DNA of 64,000 nt. Source: Symsagittifera roscoffensis. Taxonomy: Eukaryota. The notes below the pieces were generated by a model that searched no databases, was not told the origin of the DNA, and was given only the letters and a program-made list of their open reading frames with translations. Numbering within the stretch: position 1 is the stretch's first letter; each line of letters begins with the position of its first letter. The stretch is taken from contig NC_087064.1 in the NCBI RefSeq assembly GCF_963678635.1, positions 32,681,028 through 32,745,027 on the forward strand. Reading direction: 5' to 3'. The position numbers and the translations under genes are program-made. Positions 25,701 to 36,871 of this stretch are shown here, piece by piece.

Positions 25701-27690
25701 TCATTTTGAAAGTTTTCTTTTTGATCAATAACCAGCTATTAAGTACAGCCAATGCCAAGGATTCTAACACGGACTATTATATTACAATTAGCACTTAAGC
25801 TTCAAGGTATCATGGATCTGTAGCGTAGAGGTAGGGAAGCAGGCCCGCAACAAAATAAGAGGGTTCGAATCTGGGCAGGGTCTGATGTTTTTATTGAAAT
25901 TTTTCGCGTACTAGCTAAAATGCGTCCGCTGTATAAATTGAGGCATGTTAGCTGGTAAATTTCTTTTTTTTTCAATTTGACTGGTACTTCTAGTGTTTCA
26001 TAACTTGCTCGCGTCACTTTGCTATGATGTAGTCTCATAATTGGCATGCGAAATTTTGTAGACTCAAAGTTTTACTCATTAAGATTTTCCCAGTAGCGTT
26101 ATCGGTCATTTTTTTCTTGGTGTGTGCGAAATGCAACGTCGCCTCTGTGTAAAAGTTGTGAAACAATTAATGACACAATGTAATCGATGCTTGCGAAAAA
26201 TAAAGAAGAGAAGAGAACCAAAATTTCGATGAAGTTTTTTTGTTTTATTTGTCCGTTTGCAATAAAGCTTGGCTTGTGGTTTAAGTAATTGAATCAAAAC
26301 GTGTTTTATTTCTCCTGTTTACGTATTTTGTTATAGTATGAAACGTATTTTGGTATACTATGAACTCTTTTTTTTGCAACCTTAGTCGCAAATACTGTTG
26401 CGACGCAACTATTTCTGAGACAAAAATTGCTCATTTTGGAAGTGTTCATTTTGATCAAAAACCAGCTATTAAGTACAGCCAATGCTAAAGTTTTTAACAC
26501 AGACGATTATATTGAAAATAGCCCTTAAGCTTCAAGCTATCGTGGATCTGTAGCGTAGAGGTAGGGAAGCAGGCCCGCAACAAAATAAGAGGGTTCGAAC
26601 CTGGGCAGGGTCTGATGTTTTTATTGAAATTTTTCGCGTACTAGCTAAAATGCGTCCGCTGTATAAATTGAGGCATGTTAGCTGGTAAATTTCTCTTTTT
26701 TTTCAAATTGACTGGTACTTCTAATGCGTCATAATTGGCTTGCGTCACTTAGCAATTATGTAGTTTCATAATTGGCGTATGAAATTTTGTAGACTCAAAG
26801 TTTTACTCATTAAGATTTTCCCAGTAGCGTTATCGGTCATTTTTTTCTTGGTGTGTGCGAAGTGCAACTTCGCCTCTGTGTAAAAGTTGTGAAACAATTA
26901 ATGACACAATGTAATCGATGCTTGCGAAAAATAGGGAAGGGAAGAGAACCAAATTTTCGATGAAGTTTTTTTTTGTTTTATTTGTCCGTTTGCTATAAAG
27001 CTTGGATTGTGGTTTAAGTAATTGAATCAAAACGTGTTTTATTTCTCCTGTTTACGTGTTTTGTTATAGTATGAAACGTATTTTGGTATAGTATGAAGTC
27101 TCTTTTTTTCAACCTAAGTTGCAAATATTGTTGCGACGCAAATATTGTTGCGACAAAAAGTTTTCATTTGGAAACTTTTCATTTTGATCATCAACCAGCA
27201 ATTAAGTACAGCCAATGCTAAGGATTTTAACACCGTCTATTATTTACAAATAGCACTTAAGCTTCAAAGTATCATGGATCTGTTGCGTAGAGGTAGGGAA
27301 GGAGACCCGCAACAAAATAAGAGGGTTTGAACCTGGGCAGGGTCGGATGTTTTAAATGAACTTTTTCGTGTACTAGCTTAATTGCGTTCGCTCTATAAAT
27401 TGAGGCATGTTAGCTAGTAAATTTGTTTTTTTTTCTAAACAAAAAGCAAATTAAATTCATTATTGCTAAAGCGTCATAATTGGCTTGCGAATTTTTTAGT
27501 CTCGAAGTTTTACTCATTAAGATTTTCCCAGTAGCGTTATCGGTCATTTTTTTCTTGGTGTATGCGAAGTGCAACTTCGCCTCTGTGTAAAAATTGTGAA
27601 ACATTTAATGACACAATGTAATCGATGCTTGCGAAAAGTAGGGAAGGGAAGAGAACGAAAATTTCGAAAGTTTTTTTATAGGAAGAAAAT
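19745..27690. repeat. SINE-derived tandem satellite with higher-order repeat structure, filling intron 6 of the PARP4-like gene
   Basis: The anchor CGTCCGCTCTATAAATTGAGGCATGTTAGCTGGTAAATTTC recurs at ~20160, 21570, 22160, 22880, 23450, 24040, 24770, 25340, 25925, 26650 and 27390. Monomers are ~570/590/725 bp. Variant-specific strings (e.g. GAAAAGAGACACGCAACAAAAGAGAGGGTTCGAACCGGGGCATGGTCGGATG at 21300, 23190 and 25080) define a ~1.89-kb higher-order unit repeated 3 times. Monomers carry A-box/B-box-like motifs (GTAGCGTAGAGG ... GGGTTCGAACC) and the SINE hairpin tail GCGAAGTGCAACTTCGCCTCTGTGTAAAA. Confidence 0.85.
20575..21257. mobile_element. Foldback MITE (~340-bp inverted arms) inserted into one satellite monomer
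   Basis: ORFs 20721..20930(+) and 20863..21111(-) encode the same peptide, so the two arms are near-identical inverted repeats. The element is centred at ~20915. Terminal sequence is AGTGCTGAGTTAAATTAACCGGACAAAACGCG. Other monomers lack this block. A related copy lies at 58485-58830. Confidence 0.8.
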
Positions 27691-27841
27691 TTTTTAATAG
27701 GAAGTTTTGTTCTCCTGAGTTACAATGCAATGGAATGAGATCTTAGGCGTTCATCAAAGTGTAAACTCAAATTTTAACTTTCTTTGGTAAATTTTTGGCT
27801 CTTTCAACAGTCCAAGTTACTATCTATGAAATATGTTTTAG

Positions 27842-28293
27842 GGGACTCATACTTCCTAATGTTGCGACCAATGAGTTTGGGATACCTTTGACAGACTTCG
27901 GCAAGCTGGGTCGAGGCATCTACTTCTCAGAACAGATGAATACGAGTTTAAAGTACTGCTCCCCAGCTCAACATGGGCTCAGATACCTTCTCATGTGTGA
28001 AGTGGTTGTCGGAAAGCAGTTCGAGACCTCGGATCTGATGCCCGAAAGAACCACAGCTCCAGAAGGGTTCGATTCTGTTGTTGCGAACCCTGATTCGCAT
28101 AACTTCAATGGAGATTCTGAGGTAGTGGTGTATAATACGAACCAAGTCAGATTGAAGTATCTGATTGAGTTGAAGGTCGAAGGCGATAATCAGAAGAATG
28201 GTTGGGAGTTCAATTCTCAGCTCTTGTTACCTGGTTTTGGTGGTGATGAGGTCGATCTAGCCAGCAGGGGAAAAGAGAACGACTTGAGCTTCG
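27842..28293 (+). CDS. PARP4: PARP4-like exon 7, C-terminal part of PARP catalytic domain (Tyr and catalytic Glu)
   Basis: Acceptor TGTTTTAG. The phase-2 entry gives LSR|GLILPNVATNEFGIPLTDFGKLGRGIYFSEQMNTSLKYC...YLLMCEVVVGK...APEGFDSVVA...DSEVVVYNTNQVRLKYLIELK. This is near-collinear with human PARP4 GSGIYFSDSLSTSIKYS...LLLICDVALGK...PPGYDSVHG...DEFVVYKTNQVKMKYIIKF. Donor TCG|GTGAGA is phase 1. Confidence 0.9.
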
Positions 28294-28429
28294 GTGAGAT
28301 TTTATGGGAGATATTTTTGTTGAATTTTGAAGTTCTGGCCTTAATTGCCAAAAATGGTTGCCTGTGTTTGCCTTTTTTTCAATCCAGAACTAACACTGAT
28401 GACCATCAGTAGAGAATTTAGAAAAAGGG

Positions 28430-28750
28430 GTTGGAAGACTACCCTTAAGGATTCGACCCTCGTGCCGACTCAAAAGGTCTACCTTGTTCTATTTTCGGCG
28501 CCAATAATTACTAATTTTGAGCGGGAAGCGCGCGCCGAAAAATGCAATTTTTTGGTCTAAATTTTGCAAAAAAAGCCCAACAGCGCCTTTTATGGCCTGT
28601 TTTTTTTCAAAATTTTGCCTGCATCGCAGAAAATCCGGTCAAATCAGCCCGGGAAATCAATTATTGAACCTAAAAACAACCAAAAAAAGTTCAGCAAAGT
28701 TTTTAAAAATCCGCCCCCCCCCCCCCTCGAGAAAATCCTAGATCCTCCCT
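28430..28750. repeat. Dispersed repeat (second copy at ~63560-63740) with adjacent poly-C tract
   Basis: ...TTTTGAGCGGGAAGCGCGCGCCGAAAAATGC...TTTTGCCTGCATCGCAGAAAAT... is matched at 63620-63720. C14 tract at 28711-28726. Confidence 0.6.
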
Positions 28751-28827
28751 GATGACCTACTTTAAAATAAAGTATTAAATGGAAGTTCAAAAGCTAAATT
28801 TCAAGATATGGCATCTTCGTTATATCA

Positions 28828-29099
28828 GATCTTGAAAAGCTGAAGCATCTGCTACCGCCGGAACCAGAAGCTGGACTGCTGCCGAAGAATGGCTCCAGAA
28901 ATTCCGTTCCACTCCAGGCCGTACATGTACGAGCGAAGCTAGTTGACCTTGCGGCTAAGGTTGTGGTTCTACAAGTGTATGAGAACAGGAACATAACTGA
29001 GTCGATTGAGGCCAAATACGTGTTCCCTCTTGACGAGTTCTGCAGTGTCGTTGGCTTCGAGGCATTTATTAATGGCAAACATGTTGTCGGAGAGGTCAA
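28828..29099 (+). CDS. PARP4: PARP4-like exon 8, VIT domain N-terminus (coordinates +/-1)
   Basis: Acceptor TATATCAG with phase-1 entry. ...SVPLQAVHVRAKLVDLAAKVVVLQVYENRNITESIEAKYVFPLDEFCSVVGFEAFINGKHVVGEVK matches human PARP4 VPLEDVHIKGRIIDTVAQVIVFQTYTN...IEAKYIFPLDDKAAVCGFEAFINGKHIVGEIK. Donor AAG|GTAAAA is phase 0. Confidence 0.85.
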
Positions 29100-29479
29100 G
29101 GTAAAACAAAATTTTCTTGCGGAATCCTCATCTATCTTTATTCAAAAAGATAAATGCAACTTATATCAAAAAAATTAATGCAACAAAATTATATTTTCTA
29201 CTTGAGAAATATCAATCCAACTTATGCAGGCTGCTTGTTATCAATTAGTTCATAGAAAAGCATCAGTAACGGCGTGGCGACCATTCGTCGCAAGCCATAT
29301 TTGCAGCATTTGTAAAAAGCAACTATTTGCAGCACGCGACGACTCATAGCATGCGACAATTAGTAGCGGTAGAAGCTTTGATCAGATCAAAGAAATTAGA
29401 TGAAACATTTAAATTAAAGAACAAAGAAACTAAAAATCAAAATTGAACGATAGGCCCTTAAGTTGCTTGAGAATATTTT

Positions 29480-32400
29480 TGTTGCTATGATGTTTAAGGA
29501 GTTTAACTAATCTAATCTGGCTTGGCTTCTTTCGTATTTTGCCCCCTTGGCGACACTTTCTCCGGCAGTTATTCTGACCAGTTCGTTCTCCGATAGACTT
29601 TGTTTTTTCTCAGGAATTGGATAATTTGTGAATGGTAGGGTGGGAGCTCTCGATCCCCATCTGGAAGGCCCTATGTCATCCCTCGACCGAATTGTTGGTT
29701 TGTTGTCTTTTATTTTTGGCGTTTTAGAATTTTTTGAACTGATTCCCCAGTGAGATAGGGAATTGCCCAACCCCCCTGCGTCATCGGAGGATGGTTTCAA
29801 CCCAAGTGGATTCAAAATAATTGACGTAATCCTGTAAGGTGGACTCATCACTTTTGTCGGAAATTTCAGAACATAAAGCAGCCATCCTGATTTCAAATTC
29901 GAGCTCAGGTATTGGTGACTGAGCACCAAATGACTTTAGAAGCTTGAGCTTTTTTATCTTTTCGATAAACCGGTGCTAATCCGATCTCTTCAATTTTGCG
30001 CCAAATGACCGAAGCAAACTAAAAAAAGCAGCTGTTTGTAGTAACTCCATTGAATACCTTCAGAAAGGCGGTAATGGAAGCCTTCTCAAAATCTACCGCA
30101 ATCTATCAGGGCTCAAGTCCTGGATTGGTTCATTTCAGTTGTTTGAAGGCCCGGATGTATTGCTCTTCACTTTTGTTATGAAAATGAAAGAAGACTAATG
30201 GAAAAGTTTGATAGTTAACCACTGCATGAATTGTAACAATTTGATAAATAACGCGGGCCAGCTGTAAATGTCCCATTTGCGTACCAGGCTGTTGTTTTCT
30301 AAATTTTTAAGTTCTATTCGGTGGCAAATGTTACCATTCGGTCTTTGTCATCCGACACCGAATCGAAAAGGAGAAAATTATCCCTCTCAGGGTTTTGCAT
30401 AACTTAAAGGCACAGCAATGTCTTTTATTGAGTATGGGGGCAGAATCAGTTGCTGGGGCAGAATTAGTTGCTCGTTGCCGTTGAACAGTACGGTCGAGTG
30501 ACCTGTACTTAGGTAAGTTAACCACTGTTTCGAGGCTAATATCCCCAACGTTTTCCACATAAATGATTATGGGAGGCTTTAATGTTATGTTTCTTTCTGT
30601 TTTATAGAACGTTGAACCCAGTAAATTTACAGCTTTATAACCAGACAAGAGAAAATTTCAATCCCTCTAAAAATCCTCCCGGTTTTTTAAAGTTAGCCTG
30701 TTCGAGAAGTTTTGTTTTTGTTACGCTGGGTTTGGCCAGTCCCCCCCCCCCACAAAAACGCACGCCTTGCATTCATGCTAATTCAACTTTTTGAAACAAA
30801 ATAAAATAAGAAAAGTCGTAATTTTGAAAGCTTAAGGTCGTGCACGTGTGAAAATTTTTCTCGATTTTTTTTTTGAAATTTTCTACTTCCTCGCAAGGAA
30901 TATTTTTAGGGCCATGTTCTCCGGATATGCTGACTATTTCGTCTGCGATGGTGGCAACAAGCTTTATACAGTCTATTCACGCATCGCCAGCTGGATTTAT
31001 CAGTTTTTTCTTTTCGCAGTTTAGGTTGAAGGTTTCTCCATCGTGAACAAATTGCTGTTTTTCTCGCTCGCTCATATCAAAATTTAAAGGCATGTTTTTA
31101 TCAGTAAGTGTAATGCTACTAACGTTCAATTACTCTTATCTTTACTGATAATTCATTTAAGGTATTTAATTCAACACTGGTGCTAAATTGTAATTTTTGA
31201 TCGCTCGCTAGTTTTTAATCCCCCACAACCAGCGCAAAATTGCTTTCTTGTTTCGCATCGTTTAGTAACCAGCCCAATTAACAATTAATAGTGCTGCCAA
31301 TTTTTGCTTGCTACGAATTGACGCTTGGCGCTAATTGTCGCCTTCTAAAAATGCTGCGAATAGTCGCTGCTGAACAATGGTCGCTTGCGTTGAATTCTCG
31401 CCTCGCGGTCAGTATTATTTGATATCAGTTTGGTATAGGTGACATTTGTTGATATTTTGTTCTTCCATTTTTGGCGTTTTCGAACTGTTTTCAGAATGAG
31501 ATAGGGAATTGCCCAACCCCCTGCATCCTCGGAGGAAGGTTGCAACCCAAGTTGTTTCGAAATATTTGACGTAATCCAGTAAGGGAGACTCATCACTGTT
31601 TTCGGAAATTTCAGAGTATAAAGCAGCCATGCCGATTTCAAAATCGAGCCTAGGTATTGATGCCAGAGCAAAAAATGATTTTAGAAGCTTGCGCGTTTGT
31701 TTATATCGCTAAACCGGTGCTAGTTCAATCTCCTGAATGTTTCGGCAATTGGCCTGAGCAAAATGAAAGAAGCAGCCTTTTCTAGTTACTCCACTGAATA
31801 CCCTCAGAAAGGAACTAATTGAAGCCTTCTCAAAATCTAGCACAATGTATGAGGGCTCAAGTCCTGAATTGTTTTCTTCCAGTTTTTTGCTTACCCGGAT
31901 GTTTTGCTGTTCGCTTTTGTTTTTAAGAAAAAAGAAAACTAATGGAAAAGTTTGATCAATAACCACTGCATGAATTGTAGAAGTTTGATAAAATAACGCA
32001 GGACATGCTTTGAATACTATTGTTTCGATGCTAATATCTCCAGTGTCTTCCACGTAAATGATCCTGGGAGGCTCGAATGTTATGTTTTATTTCCGCCTGA
32101 TGGCACGTTTAACACTGTAAATTTACAAATTTCTTACAGCACAAGAAAAAATTTCTGATACCTCTAGAACTACCCCCGGTCTTTAAAAAATTAACCTGTT
32201 CTAGGGGGTTAGTTTAGTTTGGAAAGTTTAAGTTGGCCTAAGTTTAAGTTTAGGTTGCATAGAATATTTTCGTGGCCGTATTCTACGGATATGCTGACTA
32301 TTTCATCTGCGATTGTGACATTAGAAGCTTTACACGATCTCATCTCGCATCGCCAGCTGGATTGACCACTTATTTTGTTTTGACGGTTCATTTTGAAGAT

Positions 32401-34330
32401 TTCTCCATCGTGCCCAATGTGTTCTTTTCCGCTCTCGCTCATGACAAAATTTGAAGACATTTTGGTATGAGTAATTGTAATGATATTGAAGAAGAAATTG
32501 AAATGATCGAATTGAAACAAAGAAGTTTTGGATGCTACTAACGGTCAATTACTCTTATCTTTACTGTTATTTTTTTTTCAATTTGGTATCTCTTTCAACA
32601 CTGAAGCTAAACTGAAAGTTTTGATTGCTCGCTGGATTTAAATCCCCCACAACCGCAAAATGTGTTTGCTTAATTCGCATCTTCTAGTTATGCGCCTAAT
32701 TAGCTATTAATCTAAATTATCTAAATTAGGAATTGTCATCTCACAATCAGTAACATGTGATGTCAGTTTGGTATAGCTCACAAATTATGAGGAAGCTAAA
32801 AAACTGAAGTTTGCACGTTTAACCCGGTTTTTTTTAAAAGTTAGCCTGTTGAAGGGGTTGTCTTTTTGATCCGCTGGGTGTGGCCAGTTTTCCCTGAGAG
32901 AAACTCACGAATTGCAGTCATTGTGGTTTAACGCATTAAAACAAAATGAGATGAGAAAAAACCTAATTTTGAAAGTTTAAGTTGGCCCAAGTTTAAGTCG
33001 CATGGAATATTTTCGTTGCCATATTCTACGGATATGCTGACTATTTCATCTGCGATTGTGGCAACAGAAGTTTTACATGGTCTCTTCTCGCATCGTCAGC
33101 TGGATTAACCACTTATTTTGTTTTGACGGTTCATTTTAAAGGTTTCTCCATCGTGCCCAATGTGTTCTTTTCCGCTCTCGCTCATGACAAAATATAAAGA
33201 CATATTGGTATGAGTAATTGTAATGACTTTGAAGATGAAATTGAAATGATTAAATTGAAACAAAGATATTTTGGACGCTACTAACGGTCAATTACTCCTA
33301 TCTCTACTGTTATTTTTTTTTCAATTTGGTATCTCTTTCAACACTGGTGCTAAATTGTAAGTTTTGATTGCTCGCTGGATTTCAATCCCCCACAACCGCA
33401 ATTTTTTTTGCTTAATTCGCATCCTTTAGTAATCCGCTCAATTAGCTCTTAATCGTATTGCTAGTGGTCCTTTGCTACAAATTGACACTTAGTGCGGATT
33501 GCCGCCTTTTAAAAATGCTGCGAATAGTCGCTTTTGACCAAACGTCGCTTGCGACGAATTGTCGCCTCACGATTAGTAACATGTGATATCAGTTGGGTAT
33601 AGCTCACAATTTATCAGGAAGCTAAAAAACTGAAATTTGCACGTTTAACCCTGTAACTTTACAGCTTTATAACAGGACAAGAAAAAATTTTTGATCCCCC
33701 AAAAAATAACCCCGGTTTTCAAAAGTTAGCCTGTTGAAGGAGTTGTCTTTTTGATCTTCTGGGTGTGGCCAGTTTTCGCCCACAAAAACTCACGCGTTGC
33801 AGTCATACTGGTTTAACGGATTAAAACAAAATGAAATGAGAAAAAACCTAATTTTGAAAGTTTAAGTTGGCCCAAGTTTAAGTCGCATGGAATATTTTCG
33901 TTGCCATATTCTACGGATATGCTGACTATTTCATCTGCGATTGTGGCAACAGAAGCTTTACACGGTCTCTTCTCGCATCGCCAGCTGGATTTACCACTTT
34001 TTTTGTTTTGACGGTTCATTTTGAAGGTTTCTCCATCGTGCCCAATGTGTTCTTTTCCGCTCTCGCTCATGAAAAAATTTAAAGACATATTGGTATCAGT
34101 AATTGTAATGATTTTTTGGGTTCTAATCCCCCATAAACGCAAATTTTTTTGCCTTATTCGCATCGTTTAGTAATCCGCCCAATTAGCTATTAATCGTGCT
34201 GCTAGTTGTCCCTTGCTTCAAATTGACACTTAGTGCGGATTGCCGCCTTTTAAAAATGCTGCGAATAGTCGCTTTTGACCAATCGACGCTTGTGACGAAT
34301 TGTCGCCTCACGATGAGTAACATATGATAT
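29480..34330 (-). mobile_element. Tandem cluster of about 4 degenerate FLYWCH-zinc-finger/MULE (Mutator-like) transposon copies in the VIT intron
   Basis: The MULE DDE-region signature YIVLDFEKASISSFLRVFSGVTRKGCFFHFAQANCRNIQ is in ORF 31709..32053(-), with a degraded homolog at 30331..30648(-). FLYWCH-type fingers (F.MSESGKEHIGHDGE.FKMNRQNK.SG.SSWRCE.R.CKAS) lie at ~30890-31080, 32209..32520, ~33000-33190 and 33813..34163. The C-terminal ORFs 29507..29929 and 31345..31671 are homologous. Units are ~1.0-1.6 kb. Confidence 0.6.
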
Positions 34331-34549
34331 CAGTTTGGTATTGGTCACAAAGTTTGAGGAAGTTAGAAAAAACTTGCGACAAATTCAATTGTAAGCCTAA
34401 GTTACTCGAGTAAAATAACTAACGTAAGTATGAAAAAAAATGCAGCAAAATGTCGAGATTTTAATCAAACGTTCCAGCAATATCAAACTGAGAAACAAAG
34501 GGAGCAAATAGAATAAAAACTTAATTTTTAAAACGACTATGTAATTTAG

Positions 34550-34960
34550 GTGAAAGAAACAGCCCGAAAGGAGTACAAAGAAGCAATTTCTCAAGGTCAC
34601 GGCGCCTATCTGATGGAAGAGGACAAAGAAATTCCAAATGTGTTCTCAGTTGCGGTCGGTAATCTGCCTCCTAAAGCGACAGTCGTGATTAAAATCACGT
34701 ATGTCACCGAACTTCAAGTGGAAGCATCTGATCTGAAGTTCTCGATTCCTGGAGCAGTTGCACCTTGGAGTGTTGAAAATGTCAAAACTGATACTCTGCA
34801 GTCAACTGTAAAGAGTGTGTTATTAAATAATGGCGGATTTGGCGATAGAAGTGATATGGAGAAAGTTTTGAAGCATAAGTTTACTCTGCAAGTGAATATG
34901 GAAATGCCTTTCAAAATAATGCACCTGAAATCAGAGACTCATCCGCACTTGAAAACAAAG
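34550..34960 (+). CDS. PARP4: PARP4-like exon 9, VIT domain C-terminus
   Basis: Acceptor ATTTAG|GTG. VKETARKEYKEAISQGHGAYLMEEDKEIPNVFSVAVGNLPPKATVVIKITYVTEL matches human EKEEAQQEYLEAVTQGHGAYLMSQDAPDVFTVSVGNLPPKAKVLIKITYITEL. Donor AAG|GTGAGC is phase 0. Confidence 0.9.
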
Positions 34961-35157
34961 GTGAGCTATTTCCCAAAATTCAGTAATTATGTGCAAGTTT
35001 CATTTTTCATAGCTTTTCAACAAATTAGGTTTACACTATTATGAATGGGGTGTTTCTTTGTTCTTAACGTGAATATTATAACTGGGTTATTTGTGACCTC
35101 ATTAGTATGATTTAAAGAATTATGATTTTTTTTCGAATGATTGTTTTTTTTGTCTAG

Positions 35158-36405
35158 AGAACAGAGACAATGGCTGTGTGTGAACTACCAAACGGGACTT
35201 CGGATGGATCCGACGCCTCATCTCTCGGGTCACAAGGGTTTGAACTCCTGATTGGACTCAACGAGATCCACAAACCCAGAATGTGGGTGGAAAAGTTGCC
35301 CTTGCAGCCAAACGAACAAGCTACGATGCTAACATTCTATCCCGAATTTCAAACAAAGTCTGGTAGATATTCCGCGAGCAATCAGCAAGTTTTGATTCTT
35401 CTTGATTTATCAAACTCAATGAAGCATGATGATGCGTATTACTCGGCCATACAAGTTGCATGTCTGACATTGTGGAAAATTCCTGAACATTTTCTGTTTA
35501 ATGTAATCGTTTTTGGTACTGATTTTGAAGAACTCTTCTACAAAAGTGTACCCAATAGCGCGAAAAACAGAACAAAGGCAATTGAGTATTTGACTGAAAA
35601 GTCTAACACGTTCGAGCCTATGGGTGGTACGGATGCTAATAGACCTATAAGCATCGCCTGGGAACTTTTTAACAGCAATATGAAAGACTTTGCTAGAAAG
35701 CAGAAATTGAAATCGTTCAAAACAACTTTCTTGTTGATAAGCGATGGTCATATTTCACAGCCTACACAAAGTTCAATTTCATCGCTTTTTGATCAAAATA
35801 AGAGTCTCAATTTTCGACTATTTGCAAACGGTGTCTCGTCTTCGTGTGATAAGCATACGTTAAGAGTTCTGTGTGATAAAGGCGCTGGATATTTCGAGTT
35901 TTTCGACACCGCAACGAAATCATCCTGGATGAAAAAGGTCAAAGGTCAAGTGGAAAAATTTTCCCAGCACGTGCTGACTAATGTGTCAATCAAGTGGGTG
36001 CTACATGAAGACAAAGATGATGCCCATTTATTCGATCTTTCGAACCCTGACCGTGTCATTCAAGCGCCAGCTAACTTAACGGCACTTTTTGACGGCCAAC
36101 GAGTTGTGGTGTATGGCATCGTGTCATTTTGTCAGCAAGCGATTTTGGAGGCGGAATTAAATGGACACAAAGTTTCGACAGTTGTTTCAACATCTGATCA
36201 CATGGCTACTGAGGGTCATCTAGTACACCAGTTGGCTGCCCGAGCAGTGATACGAGACTGGGAGACGAGTGCCGTGTTACACTCGGATAAAGCGACTCAC
36301 GAGTTTGCGAAAGCCGAGTTGAAAAATACGATCATTCGGTTGAGTTTGAAACATCAAGTTGTTACGCCTTTCACGAGCTTCATTGCTGTCGAGAAAAGAG
36401 ATAAG
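35158..36405 (+). CDS. PARP4: PARP4-like exon 10, vWA domain and post-vWA segment (in-frame stop at 36415-36417 if read through)
   Basis: Acceptor TGTCTAG|AGA is phase 0. The 416-codon frame includes ...LPLQPNE (human LPRMWVEKHPEKE), VILLDLSNSM (vWA MIDAS DxSxS), LLISDGH, and ...QLAARAVIRDWE...VVTPFTSFIAVEKRDK (human KLAARALIRDYE...ITQFTSFVAVEKRDE). Donor AAG|GTTCTG at 36406. Confidence 0.9.
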
Positions 36406-36453
36406 GTTCTGATTTAATGATTCGAAAAGTTCTGAATTATACTGTATGTTTGA

Positions 36454-36459
36454 ATAAAC
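36454..36459 (+). promoter_or_regulatory. AATAAA hexamer ~37 nt after the in-frame stop that follows read-through of the exon-10 donor (candidate intronic polyadenylation site)
   Basis: Read-through past the exon-10 donor reaches TAA at 36415-17, then AATAAA at 36454-59. In AT-rich DNA this could be chance. Confidence 0.2.
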
Positions 36460-36478
36460 ACTAGTTTTGTTGTTTTAG

Positions 36479-36871
36479 AATGAAAAATTGAATATCGACA
36501 ATAGCTTTATTTACAAAATTATATCTGACGAAGATGTTGATGCATTGAAATATATCGGATGGGAGAACGAATTAATCATAAAGGTTTGTTTTTTTTCACT
36601 TAGCTTCAAGAGACACCTCACAGCTCGCTGTTTTTTTTTAAATTCAACTAGTTTTTCTAATAAAGCATTTATGGATGGATGCCATTTATGGAATAATAAG
36701 AGTTGGGTTCATGAGATGTTTCAGACGCCGAGTGAAAATTTCTCCGAATTAGTGGAACAGGGAATGAAGCAGAAGAGCTATTCGGTTCTCGAGGCCAATT
36801 GTTCCTTCAGCACCGCATACCAACTTCTACAGGACAATATCGAGTCTATCGACGTGGAAAAACTTCTTGAG
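36479..36871 (+). CDS. PARP4: PARP4-like C-terminal coding segment(s); one exon, or two with a short intron ~36584-36665
   Basis: Acceptor TGTTTTAG|AAT is phase 0. NEKLNIDNSFIYKIISDEDVDALKYIGWENELIIK resembles human PARP4 ...VSELIAKEDVDFLPYMSWQGE immediately after the vWA domain. The stop-free frame continues to ..DNIESIDVEKLLE, ending at the donor GAG|GTTTCA (phase 0). The internal T-rich stretch looks intronic, but I could not phase it consistently. Confidence 0.45.

Noticed and set aside
20271-27604. Many 60-90-aa ORFs on both strands inside the tandem array (e.g. 20271..20537, 22263..22448, 26106..26297)
   Set aside because: They recur once per monomer and are low-complexity. They are repeat artefacts, not genes.
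19745-27690. Regularly spaced repeats that could resemble a CRISPR array
   Set aside because: Eukaryotic context with a spliced gene around it. Units are 570-730 bp with no short unique spacers. This is a satellite.
28794-29178. 1-nt disagreement between my position count and ORF-track coordinates for ORFs 28794..29099(-) and 28963..29178(+)
   Set aside because: Likely my counting error in this stretch. It does not affect reading frames or exon identity. Exon 8 coordinates are given as +/-1.
36488-36490. ORF-track start 'M' at 36488, and 'M' at 9620/34550/27795
   Set aside because: These are alternative-start (GTG/TTG) artefacts of the ORF caller. In the gene model they are internal codons of spliced exons.
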